Shown here: piece after piece, positions 53,901 to 62,548 of the stretch
Numbering within the stretch: position 1 is the first letter of the stretch
Layout: each line of letters opens with the position of its first letter
Assembly: GCA_044892525.1 (NCBI GenBank)
Contig: CM097885.1
Span: 251,162,001 to 251,226,000 of the forward strand
Length of the DNA stretch: 64,000 nt
Direction of reading: 5' to 3'
Source of the DNA: Schmidtea polychroa
Taxonomy: Eukaryota
Position numbers and translations under genes: made by a program
Notes under the pieces: generated by a model
The model's database searches: none
Seen by the model: only the letters and a program-made list of their open reading frames with translations
Told to the model about the DNA's origin: nothing

Positions 53901-55440
53901 CTATGTCGTATCACACACTAGATATGGTCCTTTAAACGGTCGTTGCAATTTCGTTGACAAGCTTTTTGTTGGTTCTGGTTTGTTTATATACACGAGATCT
54001 CCAATTTTAATGTCATGCGCCCTTGCGCGTTTATCATAGCATTCTTTATACGCTTCTTGATGATGCCTTATGTTAAGTCCAGCTTGGATCCATACTGACT
54101 GTAATCTTTCATGCATAGCTATTTTATAATCTGATACATCCATATATTTGGAAATAGGTGACTGAAATTCCAGATCGACTGGCATATTGTTTCGTCGTAG
54201 ATACATGAGATAAAAGGGTGTTTCTCCAGTGCTTTCATTTACTGCATTCCGGTATGCAAATAAGCATGGTTTAATGAATAAATCCCAATCCTTTTGTTTC
54301 CTATTTACATAGGATGATATCATATTAATTAGTGTCCCATTAAATCTTTCAACTAGGCCATCTGTTTGTGGATGATATGGTGAGGTACTAAGTTTCAATA
54401 TACCAAATAAATCTGCAATTGATTTAAATAATTCACTCTGAAAATTTGTTCCTTGATCTGTAAGTAATTTCTTTGGTGCTCCGTATCGAAAAATAATATT
54501 CTCCACAAATATTTTCGCAACTGTTTCTGCTTTCTGATTTGGCATTGCATAAGCTTCTGGCCATTTAGTAAGATAATCGCAAAAATCAATAATGTATTTG
54601 TTGCCATTTGTTGTTTCCGGCAATGGACCAACGATTTCCATTGGTGCCTTTGGCACTGGCATAGGCTTAAGCGGAACTTTTATTTTCCGTCCCGTATTTC
54701 GTCTTGTTAGGCATATCTCACACGTATGACACCATTGTCTGACATCTTGTTCCATCGTTTTCCAATAATATTTCTGTTTCAATCTTGATAATGTTTTTCG
54801 CGCTGATAAATGCCCTCCTAATGCTCCATCGTGATACAACAACAGTAATGCTTTTCGATGTTTTGTCGGAACAATAATTAACAAATTTTCATTTTGTACA
54901 CATTTTAACAAACCATCATGAATAATGTATTTATGGTTCTCTTCGGCAATATGTTTCCAGTCACTCTCCTTTTTGATTGAGACAGCATGTTGACGTAATT
55001 GATTTAATTCCTCGTCATTTTCCTGATCATCTTGTAATTTTTCTATATTATTTGCCGTTTTAATTGCCATGAATATTGTATTTTCGCAATTTTTCTCATC
55101 CAGCTCAACATTATTTTCTACGGGTATTCTCGACATAGCATCCGCATTTGCATTTGACTTTCCTGTACGATACTTTATCTCGAAATCATATTCTTGTAAC
55201 GCAATTGACCACCTAATTAATTTACTGGCTGAATCTCTGTGCTTCATTAGCCATTGTAACGGATTGTGATCCGTAAAGACAACAAACTTTCTGCCTACTA
55301 GGTATTGTCGAAAAGTGGTTATCCCATATACCAATGCTAACGTTTCTTTTTCGATTGTCGAATAATTTTTTTCATGAGGTTTCAATGATCTGCTGGCATA
55401 AGCAATTACATGATCTTTTTCCCCTTCTACTTGCTGTCCT
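53901..55440 (-). pseudogene. RNase H + integrase
   Basis: AYASRSL..YSTIEKE.LA..TDHNPL; H..ALGGH..C..C zinc finger; DYLTKWPEA, LLTDQG, YHPQTDGLVERFN; GPY motif. Confidence 0.96.
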
Positions 55441-55450
55441 AATACCGCGC

Positions 55451-56677
55451 CTAATGTGAAATTACTGTCATTAATATAAACGGTTTTTTAAAGTTCGGAC
55501 ATCTTAATATCGGCTGTTTTATTAAGCTTTCTTTGAGTTCATCAAACGCTTCTTGCTGAGCTGTTGTCCATTTAAATTTTGCTTGCTTTTTCAATAACAT
55601 GTTCAAAGGTTGTGCGACATGTGAGAAACGTTTAATAAACTTTCTGTAATAACTAGCTAATCCCAGAAATTGTCGAACCTGATCTACATCCTTGGGAATA
55701 GGATATTTCTTAATTTTCTCTACATTTTCTGGATTTGGTTGCAAACCTCGACGCGAAATGATATGACCCACATAAACGACTTCAGATTTTCCCCATTCTC
55801 ATTTGGAGGGTTTTATTTTTAAGTTTGCTTCTAACAATCGCTTGAATACTGTTTCCACATCCTGCAAATGTTCCTGAAAACTATTCGAAAATATTATAAT
55901 ATCGTCAATATACACTAATGCATGTGGTATATCGCGCAAAACAAAATTCATACCTCTCTGAAATGTAGCAGGTGCTCCTGTTACTCCGAATGGTAACACG
56001 TTAAACTCATATAGACCTTTCCCATCTGAAAATGCAGTTTTCCTTCTATCTTCCTCTTTGACTTTAAATTGATTGTATCCTTTATTAAGATCTATTACCG
56101 TAAAATATTGCACCTCCCCCATCTGATCGAACATTTCCTGTGGAACAGGAATAGAATATGTATCTTTTCTCGTAACTTGGTTCAATTTTCGATAGTCGAC
56201 ACAAAATCTTAAATCACCGTCCTTCTTTTTAACTACTACTATTGATGATGAGAATGGTGAGGAACTATCTCTTATTATATTGAATTCTTTCATTGCTTTG
56301 ATTTGCCGATCACTTTCTTCCTGATGTATGTATGGTATTCTATACGGCCGTAATTTTATTGGGGTTTCGCTGAGTAATGGTATTTCATGCTCAATCACCT
56401 GAGTGAGTCCCAGATCATACTCATGTTTTGCAAATACATTTCTATATTTCTTTAATAATGCACCAAATTCTTGTTTTTGCAAATCCGTCAAATCTTTGCT
56501 TGTGATCTGAGGTTCTTTATAAATTTTTATATTTCTCGGTAACTTCTGAGCTTCCTCTGATTTGATTTTTGTTAATTTTCCCAATTTGGTTTTGGGCTTT
56601 ATTTCAACGGATCTTGCACTATAATTCGCTATTCTAACTGGTACTGACTTGTTTTGGACTTTCACTACTTCGCACAC
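55451..56677 (-). pseudogene. Reverse transcriptase (+connection)
   Basis: RFCVDYRKLN, IDLNKGYNQF, LPFG, VYIDDIII. In-frame TGA at 55799-55801 (PSK*EW); frameshift at ~55465 through the TDAS motif. Confidence 0.96.
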
Positions 56678-57474
56678 ATAGGCACGTCGTATTTTTCAAC
56701 CAGCTTTTGATTTGGCTCAAATATGTACTCCTCATCTGAGACTCTCATAACATCTGCATAGTATATTACTTCGCTTTTTGGTGGTACTTCCAATGTTTGG
56801 TTTAGAAATACCTCTCCTACTTCAGGCACCATTTCACCCATTTGTCCTTTTATTAGTTTTCCAGTTCTCAGATCAAGAGAAATTCCATGTAGTTGCTCCA
56901 TGACATCCATGCCAATAAGACATTTTACAGGACTTTTTCTCATCACTGATACCCAATGAATTATTTCTTGATCTCCAATTATCAGTTTAACTTCTAATTT
57001 TCCAACAATATTTAGTGCATTATGTGACATTGATTTAATAATGTGATTCGTTGGTTTTATTTTGGCTTTCTCCTGATACGTCAAGAAGCTTTCCGCTACT
57101 ATAGTATGACTTGAGCCTGAGTCTAATAAAGCTTCCACTTTTCTCTTGTTAAATTGTATATTTATTCGAGGTTGTTTTCCTCCTACTACTGTTGTCATTA
57201 GTGCATAGCTGCATGGTAGACCAAGCATATTCTTTCTTTCAATTTCAGCACTCGTTGGTTCAATCTTCTCTAATTCTATTGTAATATTATCGACCGATTT
57301 CATCTCTTTTAGTTTTTCACTTGGATATACTGGTGCTGTTGGTCTAAATGTCGGGGTATACCATCTACTAAGAGTATCAATCCCACTTAATTTTGGCATT
57401 GGTTCAAGCAAGAACCTGGACTCTGGCTCTACTTTACTCTTTATTACACTTTTTCGAAAGTATTTATGCTCCGA
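56665..57474 (-). pseudogene. Aspartic protease region
   Basis: VEALLDSGSSHT..LIGMDVM. A 1-nt frameshift at ~56670 joins it to RT. Confidence 0.9.
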
Positions 57475-57538
57475 TTACCCGTTGTTGTTATCATCATTAT
57501 GATATTCGTTTTTATCTTCCGACTGACACGTAGATTCC

Positions 57539-59461
57539 TCACTTTTCCTTAATTTTTCTTAATTGTGCCCTTACTCTTGCCATTTCTTTAAATTGATGAT
57601 CTGTAATAAAGAATCTAGCCAACAATGGAATACAACCAATAATTAATTTCCATGACCATCCCGATATTGCATATATTCGATGTACTGACAACATTTGCGA
57701 CACTACCACCTTTGCCGTTATCACAATCTCGTAAATTCCAATTAAACCTGCACATGCTTGTCCCAAAAACATGAACTTGCCCCAAATCTTTTCCATCGTT
57801 TTATATGTAGCTCGTTTGAAATGATCAGGTGTTAGCAAATTTTCGTAATTTACTGTTCCTTCTCCATTCGGTAATACTGTGTCAATCATTTCTGAAATTA
57901 TCCGTTCCTTTTTGGATGGAAACAACAAATTCCTTTGAGCTTCTTCGATATCTTCGCTTGCATACAAGCCCATTTGTGCCATTTTGTTTAGTGATGTGAA
58001 ATTTATCAGGTATTCTAAATTTGTTAATTCTAGTTTGTCTGGAGTCTTGACCCCACGATAATCTGGTAAGGCTATCCATGAATCTGTAGCTAATCGGTAT
58101 AAAGGGGCTAATAATCGATTGCATTGCAAAAGTTTTGGTTTAGTTTGTTCATCAAGCAAGATTCTAGTTATCGGTTCCATAAATCGTACCTTTCCCCCAA
58201 AGCTTACTGGTAATTCGTTCGTACATTTTTCGTATTTGGCAATTTTCACTTTGACTTCTTTGCATTTGTAACTGTATAATGCTTCTCCAAATATTCTCGC
58301 AAACACTCCATTTTCTGATATTAGCATAGGTGCTACTAAATTTGGATTCGTAATTGCCATCGCCATCCGATTTCGGAGAATCTCTTTATTCAACTTACAA
58401 TCGTTCAGAATCATTTCTCTATATACATTTTCCATGATGTTTTGACTAAAATGAAACAAATAATCAATTTTATTATTAAAATAATGAGTAAGTTTAATGT
58501 CATCTCTATGAATTTTAATTTTTGCTTCTTCCACAACATTTCTAGACACGTAAACACCTTTATAATTTGTTACATATACCATTCGACCACATTTATTTGT
58601 GATTTCCTTTCTTATAAATCGCATTCCATCTGCTGGTAACGTAGACATTAAAACTGTTCTCATTTGTTTTGTCCATACTGGGGTTGATTTAATGGTATTA
58701 TTTGGTCTATAATTCATATTGAAATTATCTGGTTTATCTCTAAACTGTTCTCCTACTAGTTCTTTAAAGTTCATAGTTTTTAAGTGCGCTAAATTACACT
58801 TATTTGTTTCTACATTATAAACAAGAATCAATTCCCTTGTTTGACAATGTGTTTGTTTCATATTACAGAATGGATGAGTTTGTAATTTTCCCGTATCATC
58901 ATCGAAAGCTCCTTCGAACTCTCCGAACTCCGTGAGATATTCTTCTAGCACTACTGTTTGCTGAATAATTTTACCGTTCATTTTATATGGTTCACCTTCA
59001 CAGTCGCCATTTGCTTTCATAACTCCCTTTACAATTATTGTTTCTCGTATTCTATGGTTCAATTTTGCCTTTAAACGAATTTCTGGACTTATTTTTAATT
59101 CTCCTGTTTGAAATTCTGCTAGACAGTTTTCTGGAAGCACCTCGACTGGCCTAGGTATCGCATGCATTTTTATGAGTGACGTATGGCTCCATTTACCACA
59201 ATAGAATACAAATGTTGTATGTTTGACAATACACTCTCTCACTTGAGTTCTTCGCAAATCAGACTCTTGATACACATAATATTTTACGTCATTTTCTATT
59301 TTTAAACTGCTCGAATACGCACCTGGGCATTCCGACATATCTACTACCGAATAAACTTTTCCCATTTCAGTTTGGGAACAATCGTACGCAACTAAAGATG
59401 ATGTCTGTGTAATTATTGCACAAAACGTAATCACCATAAACATCGCCCATGGAAATATCAT
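57539..59461 (-). CDS. Chuvirus-like (Monjiviricetes-type, class III) fusion glycoprotein: signal peptide, ectodomain, TM
   Basis: Signal MIFPWAMFMVITFCAIITQTSS, then VAYDC, DMSEC, YCGKWSH, GDCEG.PY, CKLNKEILRN.MA.A..NP, A...GE.LY.YKC..V.V, CTNELPV, P.TRIL, GLY, WGKF..LG..CAG.IGI. This is the ordered motif series of chuvirus G. Confidence 0.88.
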   Translation of the reverse strand: MIFPWAMFMVITFCAIITQTSSLVAYDCSQTEMGKVYSVVDMSECPGAYSSSLKIENDVKYYVYQESDLRRTQVRECIVKHTTFVFYCGKWSHTSLIKMHAIPRPVEVLPENCLAEFQTGELKISPEIRLKAKLNHRIRETIIVKGVMKANGDCEGEPYKMNGKIIQQTVVLEEYLTEFGEFEGAFDDDTGKLQTHPFCNMKQTHCQTRELILVYNVETNKCNLAHLKTMNFKELVGEQFRDKPDNFNMNYRPNNTIKSTPVWTKQMRTVLMSTLPADGMRFIRKEITNKCGRMVYVTNYKGVYVSRNVVEEAKIKIHRDDIKLTHYFNNKIDYLFHFSQNIMENVYREMILNDCKLNKEILRNRMAMAITNPNLVAPMLISENGVFARIFGEALYSYKCKEVKVKIAKYEKCTNELPVSFGGKVRFMEPITRILLDEQTKPKLLQCNRLLAPLYRLATDSWIALPDYRGVKTPDKLELTNLEYLINFTSLNKMAQMGLYASEDIEEAQRNLLFPSKKERIISEMIDTVLPNGEGTVNYENLLTPDHFKRATYKTMEKIWGKFMFLGQACAGLIGIYEIVITAKVVVSQMLSVHRIYAISGWSWKLIIGCIPLLARFFITDHQFKEMARVRAQLRKIKEK

Positions 59462-59557
59462 AGTTTTTCTTAGTTCTGGCTTAACTCTTTCATTTACTCG
59501 TCTTTGGGGTGGACTCATTTCTTGCTTCTCATTTTTCTTTTCTGTTAGAGATGAACA

Positions 59558-59870
59558 CAGTGTTTTCCAACCACCTTTTTCGTTTACCCAGCTCATTAAA
59601 TATTCGTTTACTAGCCGGGCAGCGATGTCTATCAAATTTTCTAACTTGTCTGACCTTGCGAACGTATGCGTTCCAATTTCTAAAACAACATAAGTTAAAG
59701 CTATTATTATAACTTCCTTATTAATTTCATTTTTTGTTAACTTTTCAATTACTGATCTCTCGCAAAATGTATTCTCTTCGCCAAATTTCTGCATCACTTC
59801 AGGAAGCCTATTCTTCATCTCTTTAACTATTTCTTTCAGTTCATCATCTACCTCTATTTCTATGTCGAAC
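59558..59870 (-). CDS. Bcl-2-like domain within the large ORF
   Basis: BH1-like VIEKLTKNEINKEVIIIALTY and BH2-like LVNEYLMSWVNEKGGWKTL, with canonical spacing. Confidence 0.65.
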
Positions 59871-60178
59871 ATTGGATATACTGCTTTAACGAGATGTTTC
59901 AACATTTTCTTAGTTTCGTCGACGTCTTGTTCTAGCTTCACTAAATATTTCTTTATTTCATATAAAGTTCTAACTTTCTTATTTTTGATTTCACCATTTA
60001 TTTCGCCTTCAGGTACAAGTGGCTCTCCTTGTACGTCTGGTTCTGTGGACTGATCTTTGTTATCAGGATCTTTTTGCTCATTATCACTAACGATTTCATC
60101 AATTTCTTTATTTCCCTTAACTTTTTCATCTTGTTCCTCTGTGTCAGGCTTGTTAGACTCAATATTTACTTCTAAACT

Positions 60179-60460
60179 CACTCCTTTTACTACGACTATA
60201 TGGTTCACTAAATATCCCACTCGTCCATCTCCGATCAAATATCCATTTTCATCCAGCTCTTGTGGTACACACCCACAATCATATAAGTATTCATCATCGT
60301 CAAGTTCTTCACCTTTGTACATTATTATAATAATTCCATCTTTTCCCAGCGTTTCAGCCGCTCTCTTCCGCAATTTTCGGACCTTTGCACACCAATGCTC
60401 GTCTACATATTCCGTTTTGCCATATCCCTCATAATCCAATGCTATCAAAAATGGCTTTAA
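60179..60460 (-). CDS. Ubiquitin-like domain within the large ORF
   Basis: VRKLRKRAAETLG..IIMYKGEELDDDEYLYDCG..HIVVVKG vs ubiquitin IENVKAKIQDKEG..LIFAGKQLEDGRTLSDYN..HLVLRLRGG. Confidence 0.55.
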
Positions 60461-60629
60461 CTCTACTCTTGCCTTTCGGAGCTCCGTGCCCAATCTTTGC
60501 AATAAACTTCTTAATAACTTGGCATATCTGGTTTTCACATGTAAATATGGTCGTAAGTAGTAGGATGTGTCACCACTGGCACATGTCACCTCTGGCACAC
60601 CCCCCCGGGGGGTAAACGAAATTTTTTTT

Positions 60630-60925
60630 TCAAGGTCAAATTTTAAACAAAGACATATGACTCATCAAGGTCATTGAAACAAAGACCATGACTCATCCGA
60701 TGACTCATCAAATTTTTCAAGGTCATTTAAACAAAGACCATGACTCATCCGATGACTCACCAAGGTCATTTTCAAGGGCATATGACTCATCCAATGAGTC
60801 ATAAAAATTTTCAAGGTCATTTAAACAAAGACCGTGACTCATCAAGGTCATTTTCAAGGTCGCATGACTCACCCAAGGTCATTCTCAAGGTCATGTGAGT
60901 CATCGCGATGAGTCATCAAGGTCAT
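60630..60925. promoter_or_regulatory. Homotypic array of 11 TGA(C/G)TCA and 9 CAAGGTCA motifs
   Basis: Counted directly. TGACTCA/TGAGTCA at 60658, 60689, 60701, 60741, 60753, 60783, 60795, 60835, 60865, 60896, 60909. CAAGGTCA at 60631, 60666, 60718, 60761, 60812, 60843, 60874, 60886, 60917. Confidence 0.8.
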
Positions 60926-61752
60926 ATTATTATTTTTTAAAAATATTATTATTTTTATTATTATTTTTAAAAAATATTATTATTTTATTTTTAATTTTTT
61001 CAAAGTTCTCGCCAACGAAAATTATTCATCGATAGCTCATTTTAAAGCTCAATCCAAGACCTTTCGAATGAGCCATATATCTTGTTATTANNNNNNNNNN
61101 NNNNNNNNNNNNNNNNNNNNNNNNNNNNNNNNNNNNNNNNNNNNNNNNNNNNNNNNNNNNNNNNNNNNNNNNNNNNNNNNNNNNNNNNNNNNNNNNNNNN
61201 NNNNNNNNNNNNNNNNNNNNNNNNNNNNNNNNNNNNNNNNNNNNNNNNNNNAGTCTATCCGACAAAATATTTTGTCCCCCTATGGGTAATGCTCACAAGG
61301 GTACTGTCACGNNNNNNNNNNNNNNNNNNNNNNNNNNNNNNNNNNNNNNNNNNNNNNNNNNNNNNNNNNNNNNNNNNNNNNNNNNNNNNNNNNNNNNNNN
61401 NNNNNNNNNNNNNNNNNNNNNNNNNNNNNNNNNNNNNNNNNNNNNNNNNNNNNNNNNNNNNNNNNNNNNNNNNNNNNNNNNNNNNNNNNNNNNNNNNNNN
61501 NNNNNNNNNNNNNNNNNNNNNNNNNNNNNNNNNNNNNNNNNNNNNNNNNNNNNNNNNNNNNNNNNNNNNNNNNNNNNNNNNNNNNNNNNNNNNNNNNNNN
61601 NNNNNNNNNNNNNNNNNNNNNNNNNNNNNNNNNNNNNNNNNNNNNNNNNNNNNNNNNNNNNNNNAATATCATTATTATTACTTTTATTATTATGAAACAT
61701 ATATATAAATAGGTCTAATAACTTCATTTACAACATTCACAAATATTCATCG

Positions 61753-62321
61753 ATGTCTTCAAACGATCCACAGGTTTGATGTTATAATTATTTAGTAATT
61801 TAATTATTTTAAATAAGGTACAAGAATTGTCTATTGATTGGGATCATTCCTTTTTAATAATAGATAAACTTCTAACAATAAATGATGAAGATTATATATT
61901 CCTGGCCAAAATAAATAAATCTTTCAAACATCAAGTAATTCAAAATCTATTTGATAAGTTCGGCTTCAATATATCGATGTTGAAATTAACCAGCTGTATA
62001 ATATCTATAAATAATATTAACCATACAGAAATTAACATGCTTAAGGTTTTCTGGATATGTATGGATTTCAGGTTCGGAAAATATCGCGAGCTTATTGAAA
62101 TCTTCCTTCTTAATGCATATAAACTTGGTATTAAAATACATAATTTACTGAATGAAGTCAGAAAACAGTTTATTACATGTTGTATATGTCAAATTAGAGA
62201 AGTTTCTATTCTATATCTGCCTTGTGGTCATATCATTATTTGTTCCTTATGTTTGGAAAACTGTAGTAGATGTCAGAGTTGTGGTGTCATAATCGATGAA
62301 TCTCATTCAGTGTATTTTTGA
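61753..62321 (+). CDS. IAP-type C3HC4 RING protein (BIR-less), two exons (61753-61773, 61818-62321)
   Basis: C-terminal CCICQIREVSILYLPCGHIIICSLCLENCSRCQSC..VYF*. The ATG exon MSSNDPQ joins in frame across a 44-nt GT..AG intron. Confidence 0.8.
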
Positions 62322-62548
62322 AATAAATGTTGTAAAACTCCTACTTATTATTATTATTATTATTATATAATTTCAACTTTCTATCACAAATAACTAAAAA
62401 CATAGTTGATTATTATAAAATTTATAACACAAAATTATACCATAAAAAGTTGACAAACAAAAATAACTAAATATTTACAAATTTTTATTCAACATCGTAT
62501 TTACACAAATATAATGTCAATGTTAAATAATTGGCCCAAAATATAACT

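Larger units (their letters stand above)
50280..60555 (-). mobile_element. Large Ty3/Gypsy-type retroelement with fusion glycoprotein and accessory domains (decayed; 5' end displaced by Polinton)
   Basis: Contiguous minus-strand coding from 60555 to 52506 with PR-RT-RH-INT order. Inclusion of the DEDDh ORF and a candidate PPT (AAAGGGAAAAA-TGTA at 50298-50284) is inferred. Confidence 0.75.

Noticed and set aside
60057-60434. Plus-strand ORFs opposite TE genes (also 726-920, 2373-2720, 50693-51862, 63254-63870)
   Set aside because: Antisense shadows of real minus-strand coding sequence, with no motifs.
60557-60598. N-terminus MPEVTCASGDTSYY of the 1019-aa ORF
   Set aside because: GTG start inside the Polinton terminal sequence; not part of the retroelement protein.
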